From Planctomycetota bacterium (GTDB taxonomy: Bacteria; Planctomycetota; B15-G4; SIAN01): a DNA stretch of 64,000 bases. Under the pieces are notes generated by a model. That model saw nothing but the letters and a program-made list of their open reading frames with translations. It was not told the DNA's origin and made no database searches. The stretch is from contig JAEUIC010000019.1 in assembly GCA_016795285.1 (NCBI GenBank), positions 10,442 to 74,441 on the forward strand, read 5' to 3'. Positions 11,244-21,200 of this stretch are shown piece by piece. Both the position numbers and the translations under genes were made by a program. Position 1 is the first letter of the stretch. Every line of letters starts with the position of its first letter.

Positions 11244-12356
11244 ATGCGGAGCTGCTGGATCGCGCTGGTGGTGGCGGTCGCGCCGCTCGCGCTCGGACGC
11301 GGCGACGACGACGCGACGACGCGCGCCGAGGCCGGCGCGCCGCGCCGCGAGCCGGAGCTGCGCGCCGCGCTGGCCGACTACCTCGCGCAGTTGCGGCCCG
11401 AGTCGCGCGCGCAGGCGCAGTTCGCCTTCGCCGACCCGCAGCGGCTCGACTGGCACTTCATCCCGCGCGAGCGGCGCGGACTCCCGTTGGCCGCGATGGC
11501 GCTGCCCGAACGGCTGGCCACGGATGCCCTCTTGCGGCAGTTCCTGAACACGCGCGGCTACCTGCGCGTGCAAGGCGTCCTCGAACTCGAGGAGGAGCTG
11601 CGCGAGGCGGAGCAGGCGGCCGGGCGCGACGGCCTCTGGCGCGATCGCGAGCGCTACTTCGTCAGCCTGTTCGGCGATCTCGCCGCGAGCGAACCGTGGG
11701 GCATGCGCTTCGAAGGGCACCACCTGTCGCTGCAGTTCACCGGCGTACCGGGGTCCGGCGTCGCCGTGACGCCGCTCTTCCTCGGGGCCAATCCGGCCCA
11801 GGTGCGACGCGGCGGCCGGGCCGGTTTGACCCTGCTCGGCTCGATCGAGACGGCGGCGCGGGCGCTGCTGCACGCGCTGACGCCGGAGCAGCGCGCGAGC
11901 GCGGTGATCGCGGCGACGGCGCCGGCGGACGTGCTCTTCGGGCCGGGGCAGGCCCCGCCCGACCGCACCGCCGGAGTGGCGCTCGATCGCCTCGGCGACG
12001 TCGCGACGGCGCGCCTCATCGAGCTGATCCTCGAGCTGCCCTTCGCCGATCTCGGAGTCGCGCAACCCGAGCCGCTCGACGATGCGTTGGACCAAGGTGG
12101 GCCCGCGGACGGGCGCTTCGTCTGGGCGGGCGGCGGGGAGGTCGGCGCGCCTCACTACTGGCGGCTCTGGCTCGGAAGCCAGGTCGTCGAGTGGGACGAC
12201 ACGCAGGACGGCGCGAACCACGTCCACCTGCTGGTGCGCGACGTTCGCCACGACTTCGCGTCGGGCTGGCTCGCCGACCACCGCCGGCAGGAGCGTCCCG
12301 CTGGCGCGTCACCTGGGCAGGCGGCGGGTCACGAGCACGACGAATCGTCGCGGTGA
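11244..12356 (+). CDS. DUF3500 family secreted protein
   Basis: Signal peptide MRSCWIALVVAVAPLALG. Central WGMRFEGHHLSLQFT is the hallmark DUF3500 motif. Divergent from the ABC-F gene with only about 35 bp between the starts. Confidence 0.7.
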   Translation: MRSCWIALVVAVAPLALGRGDDDATTRAEAGAPRREPELRAALADYLAQLRPESRAQAQFAFADPQRLDWHFIPRERRGLPLAAMALPERLATDALLRQFLNTRGYLRVQGVLELEEELREAEQAAGRDGLWRDRERYFVSLFGDLAASEPWGMRFEGHHLSLQFTGVPGSGVAVTPLFLGANPAQVRRGGRAGLTLLGSIETAARALLHALTPEQRASAVIAATAPADVLFGPGQAPPDRTAGVALDRLGDVATARLIELILELPFADLGVAQPEPLDDALDQGGPADGRFVWAGGGEVGAPHYWRLWLGSQVVEWDDTQDGANHVHLLVRDVRHDFASGWLADHRRQERPAGASPGQAAGHEHDESSR

Positions 12357-13150
12357 CCGTCCCCCTGCGCGTCGAGCAATCGGGCGCGGCGGATCGTGGT
12401 GGCGCTTTGGTGCAACTTGCCGCAGTCCAGTGCGGCCGAGTCTTCGACGGCACCGACTAATTGTCCAACTTGTACATAGATCGCAGACATGCTCAAACTC
12501 CGGCCTGCCGTAACGAAGTCTCACGAATTCGGCTGACAGGAGATCAGCGCTGCCCGCCGCGGCTGCAAGGAGTGCATGGTGGAGGCGCTGATCGCCCGCT
12601 TGAATGACCGGTGGACACCGGCGGCACGAGAGATGCTTTACCGGAAGTTTTCTAAGGGAACCCCCCGACAACTCGCTGGATCGGTGCTACTTTTTTCGTT
12701 CGTTTCATCGGGCAAGCGTTTGCGCTTCCCTTCGGGGTCGGGAGGAATCGGCTGCGATCGACGCTGCGTCTCGCGACGCATGCGATCGTCGACGAGACTT
12801 CGCGATCGACCTGCGGTTCGAGGAGTGCGCCGATCGGCAGGTCGAAGTGCAGCGATGCCAAGCTGAAGATGCAGCGTTTGCAGCGAGCTGCAGCAAGAAC
12901 AAGAAGTTGCGAAGAGCGAAGTTCACGACGCAGCGGGTGAGATGAAGGAAGTTGAGCGGAAGTGCGACGGTGGAACTGCGAAGTCGGATCGGCACTGCCC
13001 CCGACGGAAGGTTCCACCCGAGCAGACGCAGAGGTTGCACGAAGTTCGTCCGCAGCAAGCAAAGCGCGCCTGACTTCCCCCAAGTCGGCCGCCACGCGAA
13101 GAAGAAGTCGAACCATTTCCTGGTGCCTGAGAGTGAAAAGGAGCGAGTCC

Positions 13151-14647
13151 ATGTTGAAGTCCAGTTCGATCGCACTGCTCGCGCTGTTCGGCGCGGCGCC
13201 GTTCGCGGCGGCCGGGACCCTTTCGGTCCCGTCGCAGTACCCCACCATCCAGGCTGCCATCAATGCGGCCGTCGACGGTGACGTCGTCGACGTCGCCAAT
13301 GGCACCTACACCGAGAACATCAACCTTCTCGGCAAGCAGATCACCGTGAAGGGCAAGGGGATCAACAAGTCGACGATCCTCGGCTCGAACGGCGGCTCGG
13401 CGGTGACGATGGCGTCGGGCGAGACCCCGTCGACGCTGCTCACCGGTTTCTCGATCAAGCTCGGCACCGGCACGCCGATCAGCGGCAAGCTCTACGGCGG
13501 CGGCATCTACATCGCCGGCGGTTCCGATCCTTCGATCCTCAACTGCGCCATCGGCTTCAACACCGCCGACTTCGGCGCCGGCCTCTTCATCGACGTCGGT
13601 TCTGATCCGCTGATCCAGGACTGCCTGGTCGCCAACAACGTCACCGGCGCGACCGGCCTCGGCGGCGGCCTCTACATCGCGGGCAACCCGACCCTCGATG
13701 GCAACCGCATCACCGAGAACACCGCCACCAGCGGGTCCGGCGGCGGCGTCTACGCGGTCAACACGACCACGACCTTCATCAACAACGAGTTCGACAAGAA
13801 CCACGCCTACTACGGCGGCGGTCTCCACGTGAACGGCGGCACGCCGTCGATCACCGACAACCTCTTCGAGGAGAACACGGTCGATCGCGCGCCGGTGAAC
13901 GGCGAGGGCGCGGGCATGGCGATCGTGAACGGCGCGACGCCGTGGGTGTCGAACAACGAGGTGCGGCTCAACAAGGCGCACAGCGGCGCCGGCATCTACG
14001 TCTACGACGCGGCTCCGTCGATCGTGACCAACCTGATCCACGACAACCAGGCCTCGGTCAACTCCACCGGCAGCTTCGGCTACGGCGGCGGCCTGTCGCT
14101 CGGCAAGGGCCGCGGCACGATCGAGCTGAACGAGATCTACCAGAACAGCGGCGCGATGGGCGGCGGCCTCTCGACCCGCAGCTCGACGACCACGCTGCTC
14201 TGCGGCAACCTGATCGACCACAACACGACGGGCAGCGGCATCGGCGGCGGCCTCTACTCGAAGGACTCGACCCCGACGCTCCTCGCCAACACGATCGCCG
14301 CCAACACGGCGTCGAAGGGCGGCGGCCTCTACGTGATCGGCAAGTCGGCCCCGACGGTCGACACCTCGATCATCTACTTCAACACGGCGAGCTCGAACAA
14401 GTCGTTCTTCGATGGCACCGGCAAGCTGACCTTCGGCTTCTCGGACGTCGAGGCGGCTTCGGTCGGCGGCACCAGCATCTCGGTGGATCCGCTGTTCGCG
14501 AACCTCGCGACCCGCGACTTCAGCCTGCTTGCGACGTCGCCGGTCATCGACGCGGGCAACTTCGTCTTCTCGGGCGGCGCGACCGACATCTACGGCAACG
14601 TTCGCGTGAACGGCGGCCGTGTCGACATGGGCGCCGTCGAGAACTGA
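13151..14647 (+). CDS. Secreted right-handed parallel beta-helix repeat protein (pectin-lyase-fold)
   Basis: ATG at 13151 with AGGAG upstream. Signal peptide MLKSSSIALLALFGAAPFAAA. Many repeats of GGGLYI.G / NxxxxNxA(S)xGGG, typical of PbH1 repeats. Confidence 0.7.
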   Translation: MLKSSSIALLALFGAAPFAAAGTLSVPSQYPTIQAAINAAVDGDVVDVANGTYTENINLLGKQITVKGKGINKSTILGSNGGSAVTMASGETPSTLLTGFSIKLGTGTPISGKLYGGGIYIAGGSDPSILNCAIGFNTADFGAGLFIDVGSDPLIQDCLVANNVTGATGLGGGLYIAGNPTLDGNRITENTATSGSGGGVYAVNTTTTFINNEFDKNHAYYGGGLHVNGGTPSITDNLFEENTVDRAPVNGEGAGMAIVNGATPWVSNNEVRLNKAHSGAGIYVYDAAPSIVTNLIHDNQASVNSTGSFGYGGGLSLGKGRGTIELNEIYQNSGAMGGGLSTRSSTTTLLCGNLIDHNTTGSGIGGGLYSKDSTPTLLANTIAANTASKGGGLYVIGKSAPTVDTSIIYFNTASSNKSFFDGTGKLTFGFSDVEAASVGGTSISVDPLFANLATRDFSLLATSPVIDAGNFVFSGGATDIYGNVRVNGGRVDMGAVEN

Positions 14648-14692
14648 ATCGCGAACTGATCTCGACTCGCACGTACTCGTACTGACTTTCGA

Positions 14693-14730
14693 GAGGGGCC
14701 GGCCCACCAGGGTCGGCCCCTCGACTTTTT
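14693..14730 (+). terminator. Rho-independent terminator after the beta-helix gene
   Basis: 9-bp perfect stem gaggggccg / cggcccctc with a 12-nt loop, followed by gacttttt. Located 46 nt after the stop at 14647. Confidence 0.6.
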
Positions 14731-14883
14731 CCATGCGGACTCGGTGATTCCCGCCCGCTCCCCCAGGTTTTCGACCACTGCCGGAGCGCCTTCCGAACCG
14801 CACCGCCCCTTGTCGGCGAGGGGGCGACGTCCATAATCGCGCCCCGTCTCGCGCAGCCGACCTACCCCACTCGGAATCGACCC

Positions 14884-16647
14884 ATGCGCTCGCTGATTTG
14901 GGCGTCTGCTGCCGTCGTCGCCGTGCTCGTTGCACCGGCGGCCCACGCGGGCGCGGGCGGATCGACGTCGCCCGGTCCTTGGGTCGGCGTCGGAGGCCGG
15001 CCGCGCATCGACCGCCACTTGCTCGTGCGCGTCGAACCGGGCGTCCGCCTGCTCGAGGGTGAAGACGCCTCAGGGCGGATGACCACCGGCGTGCCGGAGA
15101 TCGACGCTCTCAACGTCACCTACCACGTGAACGCGGTCTGGCGCGTCCACCAGGATCCGCCGCGCGGCCGTCGCGATCCGGCGCTCTTCCGTTCTCTCGG
15201 GCTCGATCGGATCTACTACCTGCAGTTCGTCCACGGTCGCCCCGACCTCGACGTGATCGCCCAGCAGTACCAAGGGTTGAACTCGGTCGAGCTCGCTTGG
15301 CAGGACCGGATCGTCAGCCACTGCAAGGCGCCGAACGACACCAAGTACTCCTCGCAGTGGAACTACACCTGGGAGGATCTCGACTGCGAGCCGGGCTGGG
15401 ACATCGCCACGAACTCGAACGTGCTGATCTCCGTGATCGACAGCGGCGCCGACCTGAAGCACGCCGATCTCGACGGCAACCTCTGGGTGAACCCGGGCGA
15501 GATCGCCGGCAACAAGAAGGATGACGACGGCAACGGCTACGTCGACGACCTCCACGGCTTCGACTTCTGGAACGCCGACGGCGATCCGAACGACGACTTC
15601 GGACACGGCAGCCACGTCGCCGGGATCATCGGCGCCGAGGGCAACAACGGGCGCGACGTCGCCGGCGTCTGCTGGAGCGCCGACCTGCAGGTCGTGAAGG
15701 TGCTCGACTCGGTCGGCACAGGCACGTGGACGTCGATCTCGCAGGGCATGGTCTACGCCGCCGACAACGGTTCGCTGGTCTCGAACTACAGCCTCGGCGG
15801 CACGAGCTACGACGTGAACGTCGACTCCGCGACCCAGTACGCCGCCGGGCTCGACATCGTGCAGGTCGCCGCGGCCGGCAACCTCGCCTCGAACGCGGCG
15901 TTCTATCCCGCCGCCTACAACGACGTGATCGCGGTGATGGCCTCCGACATCTCGGAGAAGCGCGCCCGCTGGTCCAACTACGGCAGCTGGTGCGACCTCT
16001 GCGCGCCGGGCGACGGCATCACGAGCCTCTGGCAGTCGGGCGGCACCGCCGTCCTCACCGGAACCTCGCAGTCGGCGCCGCACGTGGCCGCGATCGCCGC
16101 GCTGGTCCGGACGCTCAATCCGCAGCTCGATCGCATCGACACCGAGCTCTTGATCGAGTACACCGCGAAGGACCTCGGAGCTCCCGGCCGGGACTCGAAC
16201 TACGAGTGGGGCCTCGCCGATCTGCACCGCGCGCTCGACGCCGCTGCATCGCTGACGCTCTCGACCACCAGCAGCTCGGTCGGGGGCCAGGTCGACCTGC
16301 GCATCCACCGCCCCGACTCGGGCAACGACTTCTTCGTGATCCTCCCCTCGATCTCGGGCCGCACTCCCGGCTACGGCCTCGGCAACGCGTTCACCGGCGA
16401 GAACCGCATCGTTCCGATCAACTGGGACGTGGTCACCGACCTCTCGCTGCTGCTGCCGAACATCGGCGTCTGGAACGGCTTCGCGGGCAACCTCGACATC
16501 AACGGCAACACCACGGCGACGCTGATGATCCCGGGAGGGCGGTTGCTGCTGCACAAGCCGAGCTACTTCAGCGGGATCATCCTGCCAGCCGGCAACCTCT
16601 CGACGGTCACCTGGGTGCTGAACTCGGTGAAGCTCGACGTGCAGTGA
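14884..16647 (+). CDS. Secreted subtilisin-like serine protease (peptidase S8)
   Basis: Signal peptide MRSLIWASAAVVAVLVAPAAHA. The catalytic triad sits in the contexts VIDSGAD (Asp), HGSHVAGIIGA (His) and GTSQSAPHVAAIAALV (Ser). Confidence 0.9.
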   Translation: MRSLIWASAAVVAVLVAPAAHAGAGGSTSPGPWVGVGGRPRIDRHLLVRVEPGVRLLEGEDASGRMTTGVPEIDALNVTYHVNAVWRVHQDPPRGRRDPALFRSLGLDRIYYLQFVHGRPDLDVIAQQYQGLNSVELAWQDRIVSHCKAPNDTKYSSQWNYTWEDLDCEPGWDIATNSNVLISVIDSGADLKHADLDGNLWVNPGEIAGNKKDDDGNGYVDDLHGFDFWNADGDPNDDFGHGSHVAGIIGAEGNNGRDVAGVCWSADLQVVKVLDSVGTGTWTSISQGMVYAADNGSLVSNYSLGGTSYDVNVDSATQYAAGLDIVQVAAAGNLASNAAFYPAAYNDVIAVMASDISEKRARWSNYGSWCDLCAPGDGITSLWQSGGTAVLTGTSQSAPHVAAIAALVRTLNPQLDRIDTELLIEYTAKDLGAPGRDSNYEWGLADLHRALDAAASLTLSTTSSSVGGQVDLRIHRPDSGNDFFVILPSISGRTPGYGLGNAFTGENRIVPINWDVVTDLSLLLPNIGVWNGFAGNLDINGNTTATLMIPGGRLLLHKPSYFSGIILPAGNLSTVTWVLNSVKLDVQ

Positions 16648-16722
16648 CGGCGAGCGGCGCCCGCCGCGCGGGCCGCGCCGCCTCCCCCGCTCGCCGCACC
16701 ACGCCTTGCTGGCTCGCCACGC

Positions 16723-18117
16723 TCAGAGCCCGGGCACCAGCTCCTCGATGCGCACCAGCCGCCGCTCGTCGATGCTCTTGCGGGCGGCGATGCCGGTGAG
16801 GCAGGAGAGCGCGCCGTCGCGCACGCCGGGCAGCGCCAGCCACTCGGGGAGCTCCGGCTTCGCGAAGACCTGCGCGAGCAGCAGCTCGTCGCCGCCGCCG
16901 TGGCCGCCGCTCACCGCTTCGACATCGATCGCCTCCCGCTTCCCGAAGTTGCGGGTGAGCCAGATCTCGGTCGGCCGGTCGGGCGTCCACGGCTGGCGAT
17001 CGTGGTCGCGGATCTCGAGCCGCCCCTCGCTCCCGTTGAACGCGAGGCGGTAGCCCTCGAACGGCATCGCGGCGTTCAGCGAGTAGCTCATCGTCACGTC
17101 GTTCGAGTAGCGGACCGACACGTTCATCGTGTCGAAGATGTCGACGTCCTCGCGGAAGACGCAGCCGTCGCGCTTGTAGCCATCCTCGCTCTCGCACTCG
17201 ACGTAGAGCTCGGCGAGGCCGCGGTCCTTGGTGATGTCCCAGAAGAACGGGCACTTCGCCGCGTGCGGGCAGCCGCGGCACTGCGCGTGGCGGAACGGGC
17301 CGTTGCGTCCGTAGACCTTGAGCCCGCCGTGCGCGAAGACCTCGACCGGCGCCGCCGCGAGCCACCAGTTCATCAGGTCGAAGTGGTGGGTCGACTTGTG
17401 GACCAGCAGGCTGCCGCTGCTGCCGCGCAGCCGATGCCAGCGCCGGAAGTAGTCGGCCCCGTGGTGGATGTCGAGGTACCAGTTGAAGTCGACCGAGGTC
17501 ACCTTCCCGATCGCGCCCGACAGCAGCACCTCCTTGATGCGCTGGTGCTTCTTCGCGAAGCGGTAGTTGAAGCCGACCGTGAGGCGCCGACCGCTGCGCT
17601 TCTCCGCCTCGAGCACCGCGCGGCACTGCGTCTCGTCGGTCACCATCGGCTTCTCGGTGATGACGTCGAGCCCCGCGTCGAGCGCGCGCACGATGTAGCC
17701 CGAGTGGGTCGCATCGACCGTCGTGACGGCGAGCAGCTCGGGCCGAGCCTCCTTCAGCAGCGCCTCGAAATCGGTGAAGGTCGGGCAACTCGCGCCGAGC
17801 CGCCGCTTCACCAGCTCGACGCGCTTGCGATTGACGTCGCAGAGGCCGACCAGCTCGATCGCGTCGCCGTGGCGCGCCAACGCGCTCGCGCTCCACATCG
17901 TGCTGCCGCGGATGCCGGTGCCGACGATCGCGTAGCGACGCTTGGCGGCCGGGCGGCGCGGCGTCGCGGGGAGCGGCGCCGTCGCCGGTGACGCGACCGC
18001 TGCCGCGACCGCCGGCGCGACCACCGCCGGGACCAGCGCCGACGCGAGCACCGAGCCGCTCGCCGCCTTGAGGAACCCGCGCCGCGTCACGGCACCATCT
18101 CGCTGCTGCTCGCGCAT
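16723..18117 (-). CDS. Gfo/Idh/MocA-family oxidoreductase with Tat signal
   Basis: Twin-arginine motif TRRGFLKAA. Rossmann motif YAIVGTGIRGS. Gfo/Idh/MocA C-terminal region. Confidence 0.8.
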   Translation of the reverse strand: MREQQRDGAVTRRGFLKAASGSVLASALVPAVVAPAVAAAVASPATAPLPATPRRPAAKRRYAIVGTGIRGSTMWSASALARHGDAIELVGLCDVNRKRVELVKRRLGASCPTFTDFEALLKEARPELLAVTTVDATHSGYIVRALDAGLDVITEKPMVTDETQCRAVLEAEKRSGRRLTVGFNYRFAKKHQRIKEVLLSGAIGKVTSVDFNWYLDIHHGADYFRRWHRLRGSSGSLLVHKSTHHFDLMNWWLAAAPVEVFAHGGLKVYGRNGPFRHAQCRGCPHAAKCPFFWDITKDRGLAELYVECESEDGYKRDGCVFREDVDIFDTMNVSVRYSNDVTMSYSLNAAMPFEGYRLAFNGSEGRLEIRDHDRQPWTPDRPTEIWLTRNFGKREAIDVEAVSGGHGGGDELLLAQVFAKPELPEWLALPGVRDGALSCLTGIAARKSIDERRLVRIEELVPGL

Positions 18118-18260
18118 GGACTGCTCCTCGCCTGGGTCCCGTCGGCCCCGCGCCGCGCTCCGTCCGGAGCGCCGCCCGGAGTTCCGCTCGGATCGCCGGT
18201 CGGCGCGAGCGTACCCCCGCCCGCGCCAACGCTGTAGCCTCGCGGACCGGAGGGCCTCCC

Positions 18261-21200
18261 GTGCTCGCAGCCACTGCCCGCATCGCGCTTCGCTCGATCG
18301 CCACCGGGATCGCCATCGCCTGGCTCGCCGCCGCCGCCCCGCCCGAAGCGCGCGGCACGAGCCGGAGCCTCCCCGCCGGCGACGATCCGCTCGCGTTCGG
18401 CCGCGCGCGACTCGCCGCTGCCGGCCTCGATCCCGCGCGCGTCACGACCACGATCGACCCGGCGCTCGGCCGCGAGGCGTTCACGCTGCGCAGCGGCGAG
18501 GGCGGCGCCCGCGTCACCGGCGGCGACCCGACCGGCGCGATGTACGGGCTGCTCGAGCTCGCCGAACGGCTGCAGCGCGACGGCGCGCGCGCGACGACCT
18601 CGCTGCGCTTCGACGCCGCCCCCTTCCTCGCGCAGCGCGGCCTGAACGTCTTCCTCACCCTGCCGTTCGACGTCGAGCGCTCGACGACCGACTACGACCC
18701 GGCTGCGCTCGCCGATCCGCAGCGCTGGTGGTTCCACGACGAGTCGTACTGGACGACCCTGCTCGACCAGATGGCGGAGGCGCGCCTCAACTGGCTCGAC
18801 TTGCACGGCATGTGGGACATCCACTCGACCGGCGCGCCGAACCTCTACGCCTACTTCGTCGACAGCGCGGCGCACCCCGAAGTCGGCCTCCCCGCCGACC
18901 TGAAGGCGATCAACCTCGCGCGCTTGAACTGGGTGATCGAGCGGGCGCACGCGCGCGGCGTGCGCGTCAGCGTGATGAGCTACGAAGCGCGGCTCGCCAC
19001 GCCCCATCGCCGCGACCCGCCCTACGGCAACGACGAGGCGACCGCCTACGCCTACACGCGCGCCGTCGTCGAGGCGCTGATCCGCGGCGCGCCGGCGCTC
19101 GACGCCATCGGCTTCCGCATCGGGGAGAGCGGCCGCGGCGGCGACTTCTTCCGCTGCTACGTCGAGGCGGTCGCGGCGAGCGGTCGCGCGATCCCGCTGA
19201 TCACGCGCAGCTGGGTGACGCGCAAGGAGCAGGTCGTGCCGCTCGCGCGCGCCTCCGCCGACTTCACCGTCGAGATCAAGTACGACGGCGAGCAGTGGGC
19301 CGCGCCCTACCCGTTCGCCGGCGGCCGCGTCGCCAACTGGCACAGCTACTCGTACGAGGACTACCTGAGCGACTCGGCCACCCACGATGCGCAGGCGGGC
19401 GCGGGTGCGCCGGCGCCGGCGCGCCTCTGGCCGGGCCACGCGCTTCCCGACGGCGGCCGTTGGCCCGACCAGCCCTACCAGATCGCCTGGCAGGTGCGCG
19501 CCAACGGGACCCATCGCCTCTTCCCGTTCCATGAGCCGCAGTGGGTGCGTCGCTCGATCGAGCCGATGCGGATCGGCACGACCTGCGGCTACACCGTCGA
19601 GCCGCTGAACGCCTACTTCCCCGCCTCGCCGCGCTACTACCTCGCCGATCGCTCCGCGCCGCCGTGCGACTGGATCCACCAGCGCGACGAGCTCTTCCTG
19701 CTCGAGTGGGGTCGCCTCGGCTACGACCCGACCACTCCCGACGCGCTCTTCACGCAGAAGCTGCGCGAGCGGTTCGGCGCGGCCGCGGAGCCGCTCGACG
19801 TGGCGTGGCGCGCCGCGAGCCGCGTGGTGCCGCTCGCGCTGCTGGCGCATGCCTACGGGCCCGACCATCGCGACCACGCTCCCGAGCTCGAATGGGGCGG
19901 GCCGACGCGCGACTGGATCGAGGGCGAAGGGCTCGACACCCACGCCTTCCTGCCGATCCGCGAGGAGATCGCGCTGCGGACCACCGGCGGCAGCGATGGC
20001 CGCATCTCCGCGTTGCGCGTCGCCGCCGAGCTCGACGCGCTGGCCGCGACCCTCGCCGCGGAACGGCCGCGCCTCGCCGCGGCGACCGTCGCCGATCCAG
20101 CGGGCGCCGCGCGCCTCGTCGAGCTGCGCCATGTCCTCGCGCAGCAGGAGAGCCTCGCGCGCTACCACGCCGGCCGGCAGCGCTCCGCGTGGTGGAGCGC
20201 GCTGGCCAACGCCGCGCCGGCGACGCCCTCCGCTCGCGAGCGCGCCGCCGCCGCGATGGAGAGCGCGCTCGCGGCGTGGCGCGAGCTCGCCGACTCGCCG
20301 TCCGGTCGTTGGTACGCCCCGTTCACCGATCGGCTGCGCATGCACACGCACGCCTTCCATTGGCGCGACGAGCTGCCGAAGGTCGAGCGCGAGGCGCAAG
20401 CGCTGCGCGCACTGGTGCCCGCGGCAGCGAAGCTCGCCCGCGCGCCGCAGCCCGATCCCGAGCTCGCCGAGTTCGCCCCGCCGACCGACGTCGCGCTCTC
20501 GTTCGCCGCAGCCGACGACGAAGTGGTCGCGCGGCTCTCGGCGCGCGGCCTCGACCGCGCCTGGCTCCTCCACAAGCCGCTGCCGAGTTCGACCTTCTTC
20601 CACCGCATCGCGATGAGCAAGGAGGGTGCGAGCTTCGTCGCCCGCCTGCCGCGCCTCTCGTGCGGCCACCTGCTCGCCGCCGAGGTCGCGATCGGCGAGC
20701 GGAGCTACCGGCTGCCCGACGCGCTCTCCGCGACTCCTTGGCTCGTCGTGCCGAGCCGCGCCGGCGCGACGCCGCTCTGGTTCTCGAGCGCGACCGCGCT
20801 CGACCACCTCGACCCGGCGCAGATCGATCCGGCGCGCCACGGGCTGCTGGTGGTGGCACCGCGCGCGTGGAGCTTCTTCCGCGACTACGACCCGACGACG
20901 CAGCGGAAGCTGCTCGATGCGGTGGCGCGTGGCAGCACGCTGCTGATCTTGCAGCAGGACTACAGCTCGGGCCGCTATCCGCTCGGCTGGATGCCGAACG
21001 CGCCGCGCGTGGAGAACGCGCGCCTCGACACCTTCGATCCGGGTGAAGCGCTGCGGCTCGACGTCGTGGCGGCGCCCGACATCGTCCTGCAACGCTTCGT
21101 CGCGACGCCCGGCTGGGAGCTCTTCGGCAACGGCGCCGTCGCGCGATCGCGCCACGGCAAGGGCGAGGTGTGGATGGTGCAAGCGCGCCTGATCCAGCAC

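Noticed and set aside
12576-13305. ORFs 12604..12945+, 12576..12866+, 12652..13305- in the long leader
   Set aside because: No RBS or start context, odd composition, overlapping each other. The region is treated as non-coding regulatory DNA.
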